Part shown: positions 36,558-48,706 of the stretch, piece after piece | Layout of the letters: every line of letters begins with the position of its first letter | Position numbering within the stretch: the first letter of the stretch is position 1 | Assembly: GCA_963789265.1 (NCBI GenBank) | Contig: CAWBKB010000005.1 | Location: 448,001-512,000 of the forward strand | Direction: 5' to 3' | DNA: 64,000 bases | DNA from: an uncultured delta proteobacterium | GTDB lineage: Bacteria > Desulfobacterota > Desulfomonilia > Desulfomonilales > Desulfomonilaceae | The notes under the pieces: model-generated | The model's input: only the letters and a program-made list of their open reading frames with translations | Told to the model about the DNA's origin: nothing | Database searches by the model: none | Position numbers and translations under genes: made by a program

Positions 36558-39500
36558 ACCATTCCACCTCGCGCGCTTTGCGCACAACAATTATTGTGTC
36601 TCGTTGAGCGCCTGTAGGTCCGTAATAGTTAAAATCGTAGCTAAATTGCGCGTAGCCCCCAATCATGTGGGTCGGTTTCACCATGATCCTCGTAACACTA
36701 TTGTGCATGCCTCTTGTGTGTTTAGAAAGCCCGGAGCCGGGACTGTCGAATATCCGCTCCTGCGCGTGGTACATCATGGCCTTTCCACGAGGGATTCGGT
36801 GGCTCACTACAGCCCTGGCCAGAACCACTCCATGCACGTTGAAACACTCCAGCCAGTCATTGTCTTCAGCGCTGATTTCGGATGCATCCTCATTGTTGAT
36901 CCATATAGCTTTTCCACCGCGGAAAAGGGTCGTCATGATGTAGTCTTCAGAGTACATGGAGTGTATTGACCATTTTGAGTGAGGGCTCAGATAGTTCAGG
37001 ACAATTTCCTTGCCTCTCTCCCGGTTCACGTCGGTCTCGCCCAGAGCCTTGAGGTCGACCGGCGGACGGAATAGGGGCAAGCCTTCCCCAAAAGTCAGCA
37101 TCCACTCGTGGTCGTGATAAAATTGCGCCCTGCCGGTGAGGGTTCGAAACGGAAGCTTCTCTTCAATATTGATGACAAAAGCGGAATATGTCCTGTGTTC
37201 AGCTTCGATGCCGCTCCAGATGGGAGAAGTTATGACTTTGCGCGGCTGGTCCGTAATATCTGCAAAACTGAATTTTTCGCCCTGTCTTGGCCTGCTCAAG
37301 TGATTGAGACTGAGCCCGGATTTCTTCTCCACCCCTGCCCAGGATTTGACCGCGACGTTTCCATTGGTCTCCGGTGCAAGAGTCAAAATAGCTTGGGCCA
37401 CCTGTTTCCCGGTTTCCAAGCGAGGCATGCCCTGGCTCACTCCAGGCTCTTTAACGATCCCAAGCTTCGCCTTCAATTCAGAATGCTCTTCGGCGCCATT
37501 CCATAATACCCCTTTGACTCCTATGGTCGCGTCAGCGACAAGTGGCCCCATAGAGGTCATCATTTTGTAAACATTAGGAAAGTCTCTGGTTATCACCGAG
37601 AGATTCGGCATGGTCTTTCCTGGAATTGGTTCAGCCTCTCCCTTTTTCCAATCTTTGACGCTGGATTGGGCAATTTCTCCGGGGGAATCGTGAAGCAAGG
37701 GGGTTGCCACCAAGTCTTTCTGCGAGCCAAGATGCTCAGCCGCCAATTCGGAGAATTTTTGCGCGATGGCCTTGAATTGATCCCAATCGGTTTTGGCTTC
37801 CCAGGGAGGATCTATCGCGGGGGTAAATGGATGAATGAATGGATGAAGATCGGTGGTGCTCAGATCGTGAGTCTCGTACCAGGTTGCCGCGGGCAGTGCT
37901 ACATCGGCAAATAGTGCGCTTGTAGACATCCTGAAGTCGAGTGTTACGAGCAGGTCGAGCTTCCCCTCGGGCGCAGGCTCCCTCCAGAAAAGCTCCTCGG
38001 TTCTTTTTTCACTTTCCGAGCCCAACACCGAATTGTCTGTCCCCAGCAGGTGCTTCATGAAATACTCGTGCCCTTTGCCGCTGGAGCCCAGGACATTCGC
38101 ACGCCAGAAAAATTGCACACGAGGGAAATTATCCGGACTGTCCGCGTCTTCGGCAGCGAATTTGACTTCGCCGCTCTTGACCTTTTTCACCACGTTAGCG
38201 ACGATCTCCTCGTCCGATCCGGCTCCTTGCTTGATTGCTTCTCGGCAGAGCTCCAGAGGGTTGCGATCGAATTGCGGATAGAAAGGAAGCCACCCAAGCC
38301 TCGCCGCGATGACGTTGCAATCTGCAGGATGTCGGGGCACTTCTCGGTTTGCCAGCGGTGAGGCCAAGGTTCTGAGGTCCAGCGCATCATACCGCCACTG
38401 ATCGCTTGCAAAATAAAAATAGGACGTCCCGTTCTGCCGCCTTGGCGGACGAATCCAATCCAGTCCGAAGGCCACCGTGGCCCAGCCTGCCATCGGACGG
38501 ACTTTCTCCTGACCGGTGTAATGGGCCCAGCCGCCGCCGCTGACTCCCTGACAGCCACATAACGTGGTGAGATTGAGGATCGTCCTGTACGTCATGTCAC
38601 TGTGGAACCAGTGGTTCGATCCAGAACCCGAGGAGAATCATTGACTTGCCATGGGTTTTCTCGGCATTTTCGGCGAATTCCCGTGCAACGCGTATCGCAT
38701 CTTCCCTGGGCACGCCGGTTATCGACTCCTGCCACGCGGGCGTGTAAGGCACGGCATCGTCGTAACTGCTTGCGACCTGGCCTCCGTGACCTCGATCCAC
38801 ACCGACATGCGCGATCATAAGATCGAAGACCGTAGTAACCAGGATTCCCCGGCCTCCGCGATTAATCTTCTTGACCGGGACGGTTCCGACCTTCACTGCT
38901 GGTCCATCGAACTCGAATAGTGGAAATCCCACTGATACCCAACTTTCGTTATCTTCCGCGAAGCTAAGCAGAGGATCTACATCCGAGCCGGCCACGGAAT
39001 CCTGAGCCCGCAGATTCCATCGGCCTTCTTCATTCCAACGAAAACCTATGCTCCCGTTGGGGACGACGAATTTGCGGCTGTCAGCATCGAAATAAACTGT
39101 CTTCCACTCCGCATTGTTGAGTTCGAGACCCAGATCGGAGGCCCGAAGGAAGCGGTCGGAAACGAACTGCTCCCCCTCTTGCTTCAAGATGACTGCAAAG
39201 GGGAGATCGGTAAATGTTTTGGCGTAGGAAGTGAAGTAGTCTGACTGCCGATCGATGTAGAATTCTCTAAGGATCACAAAGGTCATGGCCATTGCCAGGG
39301 CTGAATCCGTTCCTGCTTTCGCGGGGAGCCAGATGTCTGCAAACTTCACGTATTCTGCATAGTCCGGTGCCACAGCCACTGTTTTGGTCCCTGCGTATCG
39401 TCCTTCCGAGTAAAAATGAGCGTCCGGCGACCGGGTCATGGGGACGTTTGTGCCCCAAACAATGAGATAACCAGCCTGGTACCAATCCGCGCTTTCAGGG

Positions 39501-40241
39501 ACGTCCGTCTGCTCTCCCCATACTTGAGGCGATGCTGCTGGCAAGTCTGAATACCAATCGTAAAAGCTGCACATCGCGCCCCCGATCAGCGAAATGAACC
39601 GCGCCCCCGAGGAATAGCCGACCATCGACATTGCAGGGATCGGCGTAAAACCGAAAATCCTGTCCGGCCCGTATTTCTTGATCGTATAAATGAGCGCTGC
39701 CGCTATCAGAGTGGTTGCCTCGTCCAGACTTGCACGCACGAATCCGCCCTTGCCTCTGGCCCGCTGATAAGTTTTTCTCTTGGCCTCGTCCTCCACAATG
39801 CTCTGCCACGCTGAGACAGGATCAGGCTGAGACTTGAGAGCTTCTCGCCACATTTCCAGCAGAACTGAACGGATATAAGGATATTTAAGTCGGTGCGGGC
39901 TGTACGTATACCACGAGAAAGTGGCTCCTCTCGGACAGCCTCTGGGCTCGTGGTCGGGCAGATCCGGACCGCACCCGGGGTAATCCCTTCTCTGGACTTC
40001 CCACACGATGATCCCGTCTTTGACAAACACGTCCCAGGAGCAGGAGCCCGTGCAGTTAACGCCGTGAGTGGAGCGGACTTTCTTATCGGTCCTGCCATCT
40101 TCTGCGGTAAAAATCTTCCCACTCTCGCTCTCCGCAGAGTACCTCTGCCCAATTCTCCGCAACTTTTTCCGTGCGGCATTGTTGATTTTGATTTACGGGT
40201 CGAAGGAAGTTCAGGAACGACATAGCATTTCTTCTTGGCAT
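36547..40241 (-). CDS. narG: Respiratory nitrate reductase alpha subunit (frameshifts ~40090 and ~38626)
   Basis: REWEDFYRRRWQ + DKKVRSTHGVNCTGSCSW, FYDWYSDLP, GGGWAHYTGQEK, KPTHMIGGYAQ; no Tat signal seen. Confidence 0.95.
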
Positions 40242-40368
40242 TGCTTCCCCCAATATTAATTGGCGCTGGAGACTACAGGCTACAATATTGTAAGTGTCGA
40301 GAAAAGACCCCAGATTTATTCGCGGTTGCGTCCCAATCTTTTCTGCGCTACTAAGTTTGATTACAAAA

Positions 40369-40767
40369 TCAGATCCTGTTCTCCGAGATCATCACTCGCT
40401 TTGCAGCTTCAAGCAAAAAAGCGGATCTGGACATGTTGTGTCGCCGAGCATAATCGTCAATCGCCTCCAGCTCATTTTTCGGCAACGTAATGTTAACTCT
40501 TTTGGTCTTGTTATCCGGCACGGTGACGAGGAAGGGTACCGCACCGGCGTTGGCGGAGTCAGACATGATATCGTCCAGAGAACTGGGTGTAGGAATAGGA
40601 TCTCCGTCTTCAATCATACCCTTGATATGGAACTTCAAAACCTCCGAAGCTCTTCTGTGAGCTTCGTCCAGAGATTCTCCTGCGGTAATGCACCCCGGGA
40701 AGTCAGGGAAATCAACCCCAAAATCGCTGCCATTTTCTTTACGAAGCAGCGCTATATAAGTTGCCAT
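40369..40767 (-). CDS. hicB: HicB family antitoxin with C-terminal ribbon-helix-helix
   Basis: FGVDFPDFPGCITAG; RVNITLP...SRSAFL. Confidence 0.92.
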   Translation of the reverse strand: MATYIALLRKENGSDFGVDFPDFPGCITAGESLDEAHRRASEVLKFHIKGMIEDGDPIPTPSSLDDIMSDSANAGAVPFLVTVPDNKTKRVNITLPKNELEAIDDYARRHNMSRSAFLLEAAKRVMISENRI

Positions 40768-40769
40768 TT

Positions 40770-40987
40770 TTATGTCCTTTTCAGTGCTTTAATATTTTCC
40801 CTGAGTGTAAGCCCTGATTGTCGTCTTATGCTGCTGAGCGTCCCTTCAGGGATGTCTTTAACCGGGTGTGTGACGGTCTCACTCGACCGGGTTTCGTAGG
40901 GTGTTTAAACTGAAGGTGATCGCCTTCCCGGGCGACCTGGAACCAACCGTCGGCCTTGATCCGTTTTATCACTTCCCGACTGTCCAT
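40770..40987 (-). CDS. hicA: HicA family mRNA interferase toxin (2-nt insertion ~40880)
   Basis: MDSREVIKRIKADGW...GDHLQFKHPTKPGRV + TVTHPVKDIPEGTLSSIRRQSG in the shifted frame. Confidence 0.85.
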
Positions 40988-40993
40988 TAGTTC

Positions 40994-41021
40994 AGTATAC
41001 ACACCTATACACATCATGCAA
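40994..41021 (-). promoter_or_regulatory. hicAB promoter with direct-repeat operator
   Basis: TTGCAT-16 nt-TATACT, 6 nt from the ATG; TATACACA twice with 10-bp period (40996-41013). Confidence 0.65.
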
Positions 41022-41216
41022 GACGCCACAGAGTACGTTCGTGAGAATACCTACCGAAATTCTGCGCACCTCATACTCAACTTGCTCCCCAGGTCGAGAT
41101 TTGAGTAAGTGCACTCCAGATTTCCGTATTTCAGTTTGAGCAAAAGTAGCAAGCCAGAGCAGCTAATGTTAAATAAAAACGCCCATCTTAATAGATAGTT
41201 AGTACACTTTTTTCTC

Positions 41217-41259
41217 TTGACTCTTGCATTGAGCAGCGATAGAATCTGTCGTCAGATTC
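41217..41259 (+). promoter_or_regulatory. sigma70 promoter overlapped by a TetR-type palindromic operator
   Basis: TTGACT-17 nt-TAGAAT; GAATCTG-TCGT-CAGATTC at 41242-41259. Confidence 0.75.
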
Positions 41260-41287
41260 AGAATATTGCCTCTGACGGAGAAGCGAA

Positions 41288-41938
41288 ATGAATAATTTCC
41301 TGTTTGCTGAGGTGAACAGAGAACTTGAAAACCTTCCGCGTCGGGAGCGAGAAAATTTGCGACAGCGCGGGGAAATACTTCAGACTTCTCTGAAACTCTT
41401 CTCTGAGAAGAGGTATCACGACGTCTCCATGCACGAGATCGCGAAGAAAGCTGAATTCGGAATCGGAACCATATATAAATTTTTTGTCAATAAGGAGGAC
41501 TTATACAGGGTCCTGATTATGGAAACCGCAGAAAAATGGCACCATGCCGTCGTACAGGCTCTCGAACAGGAACGAAATCCCCTCCGAGCCATTAAGAGAT
41601 ACATAATCGTCCAACGGGAACTGTTCTTTAGCAATCTGCCGGTTGTGCGCCTGTATTATGCCGAAACCAAAGGGGCGAGTTTCAACGCGAAAGCCGGTTT
41701 CGACCAAGATCTTCTTAAGCTTCGCGACGAACGCATTAGGAAATTGGCCTCAGTTTTTGAGACAGGCATTAAAGAGAACGTTTTCCGGGATGTCGATCCT
41801 TATCACATGGCTTTGGCGCTTCATGGAATCATCGACGCTTTTCTTTTCCGGATGATAGAAGATCCGGCCCGATTTCGAAAAGGGGACGAGCTGTCAGGTG
41901 CCGCAGATATTTTTCTAAGAGGGGCACTGAGCAAATGA
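41288..41938 (+). CDS. TetR/AcrR family regulator
   Basis: LFSEKRYHDVSMHEIAKKAEFGIGTIYKFFVNKEDL. Confidence 0.95.
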   Translation: MNNFLFAEVNRELENLPRRERENLRQRGEILQTSLKLFSEKRYHDVSMHEIAKKAEFGIGTIYKFFVNKEDLYRVLIMETAEKWHHAVVQALEQERNPLRAIKRYIIVQRELFFSNLPVVRLYYAETKGASFNAKAGFDQDLLKLRDERIRKLASVFETGIKENVFRDVDPYHMALALHGIIDAFLFRMIEDPARFRKGDELSGAADIFLRGALSK

Positions 41939-42100
41939 GAGGCCATTTAAGGTAGACCCTATCACCTCACCCCGGAATCCAAGCCAGGGAACGGCGTGAC
42001 GTGTGTCTTCACCATTCCGCATCGGATGGTTTTGGGCTCTTAAACGGGAATCGGACTTGCAAGCATAAGCGGCTTATCATAGGCATTTGCGAGGTCTTTG

Positions 42101-43312
42101 ATGCAACCTAACGAAAGTTTTTATGGACCTCTTAAATGGGGCGCGATCTTAGTGGTTCTCTTGGGCGGCCTTTTAATTGGCGGCTGCGATCGCCGGCAGC
42201 AGTCCAAGCGGTCCCGTATCCCGGAAGTAGCTACGGTGACGATCCAGCCTCAGCAAGTCCTGCTGACCACCGAACTGCCGGGACGCACGTGTGCGCACCT
42301 TGTTTCAGAAATCCGCCCCCAGGTCAATGGAATCATTAAGAAACGCCTGTTCACGGAGGGCTCCGATGTCGAGGCCGGCCAGCTTCTTTATCAGATCGAT
42401 CCTGCCCCCTTTCAGGCAGCGCTTGACAGTGCGAAGGCTTCACTTGCGAAATCACGAGCCAATATGGCTGTCACTCGGTTGAGGTTCGAACGATACAAAG
42501 AATTACTTGCTGAAAGAGTGGTCAGCCAGCAGGACTATGACGACAGGGAAGCCGCTCTGAAACAGGCCGAAGCCGACATTGAGTATTGCAAGGCCGCGGT
42601 TGAAACGGCTCGCATCAATCTGGACTACACCCGTGTCACAGCTCCCATATTCGGACGTATCGGCAAGTCCAACGTGACAGATGGTGCTCTCGTAACAGCG
42701 TATCAGCTCTTACCTCTGGCAACCATTCAGCAACTGGACCCCATTTACGTGGATGTGACCCAGTCCACTACCGAACTTCTACGCCTAAAGCGCCGCCTGG
42801 AGGGCAATCGCCTTCATCAAAAGGGAACCAACCAGAACACAGTCAAGGCCATCCTGGAAGACGGCACAGAATACCAATTTAAAGGGACCCTTCAGTTTCG
42901 AGATATCACGGTGGATCCCACCACCGGTTCAGTGGTGCTGCGAGCTGTCTTTCCAAATCCTAAAGGGGATCTCTTGCCGGGTATGTTCCTCCGTGAGGTT
43001 GTGAAAGAAGGCACAAATGAGCAGGCCATCCTTGTTCCGCAGCAGGCGGTCTCGCGCGATCCAAAGGGGAATCCAATTACCCTCATTGTGGATGCTGAAG
43101 GCAAAATTCAGCAGCGCATGCTCATTCTCGATCGCGCCATCGGCGATAAGTGGCTCGTTTCGTCAGGTCTTGCATCCGGTGATCGTGTTGTCGTCGAGGG
43201 TATGCAAAAAGTTAAGCCTGGCGCTTCTGCGATAATCATCCCTTTTGATGCCGCACGGAAGGCTGACGCGGAACCTGGCAATATGGCAACGCCGGCTGAG
43301 AAAGCGAATTGA
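42101..43312 (+). CDS. acrA: RND efflux periplasmic adaptor (AcrA/MexA-like lipoprotein)
   Basis: Lipobox LIGGC; ELPGRT, EIRPQVNGII, LDPIYVD, VDPTTGS. Confidence 0.92.
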   Translation: MQPNESFYGPLKWGAILVVLLGGLLIGGCDRRQQSKRSRIPEVATVTIQPQQVLLTTELPGRTCAHLVSEIRPQVNGIIKKRLFTEGSDVEAGQLLYQIDPAPFQAALDSAKASLAKSRANMAVTRLRFERYKELLAERVVSQQDYDDREAALKQAEADIEYCKAAVETARINLDYTRVTAPIFGRIGKSNVTDGALVTAYQLLPLATIQQLDPIYVDVTQSTTELLRLKRRLEGNRLHQKGTNQNTVKAILEDGTEYQFKGTLQFRDITVDPTTGSVVLRAVFPNPKGDLLPGMFLREVVKEGTNEQAILVPQQAVSRDPKGNPITLIVDAEGKIQQRMLILDRAIGDKWLVSSGLASGDRVVVEGMQKVKPGASAIIIPFDAARKADAEPGNMATPAEKAN

Positions 43313-43324
43313 CGGAGGTGCTCG

Positions 43325-46300
43325 ATGTTGTCGAGATTCTTTCTGGACCGTCCGGTATTTGCCTGGGTAATTGCCTTGATCATGATGATTGGCGGGGGAT
43401 TGGCAATCTATAAGTTGCCCATATCACAGTATCCACCTATTGCTCCGCCCTCAATTGCCATTGACTCTACCTATCCGGGGGCCTCTGCCGAGACGGTCGA
43501 GAACACCGTGACACAGATCATCGAACAGCAGATGACCGGCCTGGACAATATGCTGTACTTTTCCGCCACCAGCAATTCGGCAGGCAACTCCCGCATCCAG
43601 TTGACTTTTGCTCCGGGAACCGACCCGGACCTCGCTTGGGCTCAAGTCCAGAACAAGCTTCAGCTCGCCACTGCAAGCCTACCGGACGTAGTGCAACGAC
43701 AGGGTGTGGCGGTGAGCAAATCTACCAGGAACTGGTTGATGATCGTGGGCTTGATCTCGGAAGACGGGAGCATGGATGGAAACGACCTGAGAGACTATGC
43801 CCAATCGATCCTATTCAAAGTGCTGGGTCGCGTGCCCGGGGTAGGCGAGGTTCAAGTCTTTGGGTCCCAGTATGCAATGCGCGTCTGGCTGAACCCCGAC
43901 AAGCTGACCGATTACCAGTTGACCGTCGACGACGTCATCACGGCACTTCAGGCCTATAACGTGGAGGTCTCCGCAGGCCAGTTCGGTGGAGCGCCGGCGG
44001 TGGAAGGCCAGCGTTTGAACGTCTCAGTTATTGTGCAAAATCTCCTTAAAACCCCTGAGGAGTTTGCCGCCATCCCCATTCGCGTGAATCCTGACGGCTC
44101 CATAGTGAGGATCAAGGATGTGGGAAGGACAGAATTGGGTGCCGAGTTTTATGATGTCTTGAATTTCTACAACCGCAAGCCTGCGGCAGGCCTGGCCATC
44201 CGGCAGGTTCCCGGCTCGAACGCGCTGGATACGGCCGATGCCATAAAGGCGAAACTGAAGGATATGAGTCGGTACTTCCCGCCGGGCATGAAGGTCGTTT
44301 ACCCTTACGACACCACGCCCTTTATCAAGGTGGCCATCGAAGAGGTGGTCAAAACCCTTTTTGAGGCGATCCTGCTGGTCTTCCTGGTCATGTACCTTTT
44401 CTTGGGAAATATCCGGGCCACCTTGATTCCAACGATCGCTGTGCCGGTAGTGCTCCTGGGGACTTTCGCAGTTTCTGGGGCTTTTCGGGTTCTCCATCAA
44501 CATGCTGACCATGTTTGCCATGGTGCTGGCCATCGGCCTTCTAGTGGATGATGCGATTGTAGTGATAGAGAACGTGGAACGGATCATGCGTGACGAAGGG
44601 CTCTCGCCCAGGGAAGCCACCGCCAAATCCATGGACGAAATCACCAGCGCCCTGATCGGGATAGGGTTAGTGTTATCAGCAGTATTCGGTCCCATGGCGT
44701 TCTTTACCGGCTCGACTGGCGTCATCTATCGTCAGTTTTCCGTCACCATTGTCGCCTCGATGCTCCTGTCAGTGGTTGTAGCCCTGATCTTGACGCCCGT
44801 TCTCTGCGCATCGCTGCTCAAACCGGTGGCAAAAGGGCATGAGCCCTCGGAAAATGCGATCTTTTTCTTACGTCCATTCTTTAGATGGTTTAATCGTACC
44901 TTTTACCGCGCCAGAGATTTTTACTTAAAAGTGGTTGACAATTTTTTTTACAGAAGAGCGCGTTATTTGGCAGTTTTCATTGTGATCGTTGCAGCCATGG
45001 GTTTTCTGTTTCATCGCATGCCAACCGCTTACCTCCCGGATGAAGACCAGGGGGTCCTATATGTCCAGGCAATACTTCAGGCCAACTCGACCCTCGAGCA
45101 GACCCAGCAAGTCCTGGACCGGGTCCAAGAACATTTCCTGGTGGCAGAAAAAGATGCGGTCGAAGCCATAATGACTGTCCCAGGTCGGAGCTTTACCATT
45201 CAGGGACAGAACGTGGGTTTGGCATTTGTCAAGCTCAAGGACTGGAAGCTCCGCGACCGGCCGGATCTGAAGGCCTCGGCTGTCGTCAGAAAGGCCATGA
45301 GAGCCCTTTCAAAAATTCGCAACGCTAGGGTGTTCGTTTTTCCGCCGCCGGCTGTCCTCGAAATGGGCCTATCCAAGGGTTTTGATTTTCAGTTGCAGGA
45401 TCTCGGCGGCTTGGGCCACGCCGCCCTGATGGCGGCCCGCGACAAACTCCTGGCGATGGCTAAGCGGGACCCAAGATTAATCAGGGTTCGGGCTAACGGA
45501 CTCGAAGACGTTCCCGAATACAGGGTCGATGCGGATTGGGAAAAAGCGGGTGCTCTGGGACTTCCCATTACCGCCATTCATAACACCATATCCACGGCCT
45601 TCGGCAGTGATTATGTCAACAACTTTGTTCAAGGGGGACGAGTGAAGCGGGTGTATGTTCAGGCTGACGCTCCCTACCGCATGTTGCCCAGGGATCTGGA
45701 AAAACTCTATGTGCGAAACACCGCGGGAAAGATGGTTCCCTTTTCTTCTTTTGCTTCCGGACACTGGGCTTACGGTGCCCCCCAGTTGGAGCGGTACAAC
45801 GCCTTTCCGTCCATAAACTTATGGGGTGAGCCCGCGCCGGGTAAGAGTTCCGGTGAGGCGATGCGGGCAATGGAAGAGATCGTGCGAAAATTGCCCCGAG
45901 AGATCGGTTATGATTGGACCGGGATATCCTACCAAGAGCGGTTGGCCGGTTCTCAAGCGGCCCCTCTGTACGCATTTTCTGTGCTGGTGATCTTTTTGGT
46001 GCTGGCAGCCCTTTACGAGAGCTGGTCCCTGCCCATTTCGATCATGCTGGCGTTTCCCCTTGGCGTCATCGGCGGCGTGCTGGCCACGTCCTGTCGTGGA
46101 CTACCCAATGATGTCTATTTCCAGCTTGGACTTCTGACTACATTGGGGCTGACCACCAAGAATGCTATCCTGATCGTGGTGTTCGCAAAATCCAAATTGG
46201 AAGAGGGGATGGGATTGATTGAGGCCACTCTGGAGGGGGCTAGATTACGGTTTCGCCCGATCGTCATGACCTCGCTGGCCTTTGGCTTCGGCGTCTTGCC

Positions 46301-46478
46301 GCTTGCCCTGGCCACCGGCGCGGGTGCGGGAGCACAGAAGGCCATCGGGACCTGCGTCCTGGGCGGTATGGCCACCGCAACATCCCTGGCGATTTTATTT
46401 ATTCCGCTCTTTTATGTCGTAATTTACCGGATATCCGGGAAAAATCCGGATGAACTGAAAAGCTCGACTCGGCTGTAG
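43325..46478 (+). CDS. acrB: RND efflux permease (AcrB/MexB-like; frameshift ~44474)
   Basis: FFLDRPVFAWV, GLLVDDAIVVIENVER, KNAILIV, RFRPIVMTS; an extra T splits the gene. Confidence 0.93.
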
Positions 46479-46687
46479 TAGAGTCTCCAACGCCACACTG
46501 AGGAAATTAATCCAACAATAGCGAAGAGTGCTAAGAAAGTTTAGCATCACCACTCGCATATTTTTTTGAAACTTTGTATGCTTGTACGTGGTCCTACGGA
46601 CCAATAGTTATTGTGACTATAGCCGGGGGGAATATTTTAATTGCGTTGCAGAATTGCTGCACCTCCACGGCAAAAGAGGGGAAGATC

Positions 46688-48275
46688 ATGGCTACGAAAG
46701 AGGTCGTTCTCGCTCGAACTGATGAATTGCAAGATGGGGAGATGAGAGCCTTCTCCTTTGGAGAAAACAAAGTACTGCTGAGCAAAATCGGTGGTGAATT
46801 CTATGCGGTAGGCGGCATTTGCCCTCACTACGGGGCTTCTCTGGACGAAGGTGTATTGCACGATACTACTATTGTCTGCCCCTGGCACCACGCGTCCTAT
46901 GACGCAAAGACCGGGGACTTGCAAGAGCCCCCTTCTCTGGATGCTCTTCCCACCTATGAAGTAACGATCGAAGGACAAAACGTCGTTGTAAAGCTGCCGG
47001 CGGACATTCCGGACAGGCGAGCCCCCGTCATGACCAGACACGACCCTAAAGCGGACACAAGGCTATTTGCCATTGTCGGGGCCGGAGCCGCCGGAAACGC
47101 CGCTGCACAGACCCTCCGCGAAGACGGTTTCAAAGGCCGCATCGTCATGATAACTCACGAAAACCGGGCCCCGTACGATCGCCCGATGTTGAGCAAAGAA
47201 TACATGGAAGGGTCTGCCGACGAAGAATTAGTACCTCTCAGGTCCGAAACGTTCTATACAGATCATGACATAGACTTCATGTTTCAGAGCAGAGTCAGGC
47301 GAGTCGATATTCCCCAAAAGCTTATAACTTTTGAAAATGGTGAAACCCTAGCCTATGATGTCATACTTCTGGCAAGCGGGGGAATCCCCAAGCCATTGGT
47401 GGTGCCAGGCGCCGAGTTGGAAAACATTCGTACCTTGCGCAGTTTCGTCGATTCCAAGGCGATCGTAGGAGCCGCCCAAAAGGCCTCTCACGTCGGAATA
47501 ATCGGATCCGGGTTTATCGGTATGGAAACGGCCCACAGTCTTACCAAACGAAAGATTCCGGTCACGGTCATATCGCCCGAAGAGACGCCGTTTCAAGCCG
47601 TACTCGGAAAAGAAATCGGTAAAATGTTTCAGACGCTGCACGAAAAGGCCGGCGTTCGTTTCAAAATGGGTGCAAAGGTGAGTAGTTTCGAAGGCAACAA
47701 GAAACGTTCAGTCCATTGTCCTTGAAAACGGCGATCGGATTAATGCAGATCTGGTCATCGTGGGGGTTGGGGTTAGGCCTGCTACCGAGTTTCTGCACGG
47801 TATAGACCTGCTCCCCGACGGCAGCCTCGAGGTTGACCGCTATTTCCGAGTTGCCGAAGATGTTTATGCGGCAGGCGATGTAGCTACGTTTCCTTTGCCT
47901 CATTCAGGAGAAAAAGTACGGATCGAACATTGGCGAACGGCTCAACAGCATGGACGAATTGTGGGACATAATATGGCGGGCAAGAAAATCGCCTATACCA
48001 GTGTTCCTTTTTTCTGGACAAACCAGGTGGACCTGTACTTCCGGTACGTTGGATATGTAAAGGAATGGGATGATATCATAATCCACGGAGATGTAGCTTC
48101 ACAAGAGTTCATTGCATATTACGTAAAGAATGACAGAGTATGTGCCGCAGCAGGCAATAACATGGAAAAGGAAATGGCAGCCATTGAATTGCTAATGGTT
48201 CTAAACAAAATGCCGAGCCCTAAAGAGTTGACGGATGGACGGATAAAAATTATAGAATTTTTGAAAACGATATAG
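46688..48275 (+). CDS. Rieske [2Fe-2S]-FAD-dependent oxidoreductase (frameshift ~47705)
   Basis: CPHYG...CPWHHA; GAGAAG; PYDRPMLSK; GSGFIGME; YAAGDVA; RIEHW; VPFFWT. Confidence 0.9.
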
Positions 48276-48376
48276 AGTCCAGAAATTGAGTACTTCGAAT
48301 TTAGCATGCTCCAGCAAATTACGTACGAATCAGCGGTATAACAGATCGCATTGGGGGATATTCCCTCGTGTAATAA

Positions 48377-48405
48377 TTGACAAGCGTCACGTGACAGTTT
48401 ACAAT
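48377..48405 (+). promoter_or_regulatory. higBA promoter with palindromic operator
   Basis: TTGACA-17 nt-TACAAT; GTCACGTGAC palindrome in the spacer. Confidence 0.8.
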
Positions 48406-48412
48406 GTATGGC

Positions 48413-48694
48413 ATGATCAAGACGTTTGCCGACAGACGCACGGAAGAATTGTATGCAACCGGGAGGTCGAAGCGATTTCCGACAGAGATCCGGAAGAGGG
48501 CACTGCGCAAGTTGGCTTACGTCGATTTGGCCACGGGGTTGGAGGACTTGAAGATTCCTCCCAGCAATCGGTTGCATGAACTGGAACGGGATCGAAAAGG
48601 CCAGTTTTCCATCTCCATAAACGATCAATGGCGCATATGCTTTCGTTTTATTGATGGCGAGGCGTACGACGTAGAAATCACGGACTATCACTGA
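48413..48694 (+). CDS. higB: HigB/RelE-ParE family toxin (plasmid maintenance killer type)
   Basis: MIKTFAD; DLKIPPSNRLHEL; SISINDQWRICFRF; VEITDYH. Confidence 0.93.
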   Translation: MIKTFADRRTEELYATGRSKRFPTEIRKRALRKLAYVDLATGLEDLKIPPSNRLHELERDRKGQFSISINDQWRICFRFIDGEAYDVEITDYH

Positions 48695-48706
48695 GGCAGC
48701 TATACC

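Noticed and set aside
40357..40372. FNR box upstream of narG
   Set aside because: TTGAT-N6-ATCAG has the wrong spacing and overlaps the hicB stop codon
36547..46478. Programmed frameshifting in narG or acrB
   Set aside because: No slippery-site or pseudoknot signals; sequencing error is simpler given the window-wide pattern
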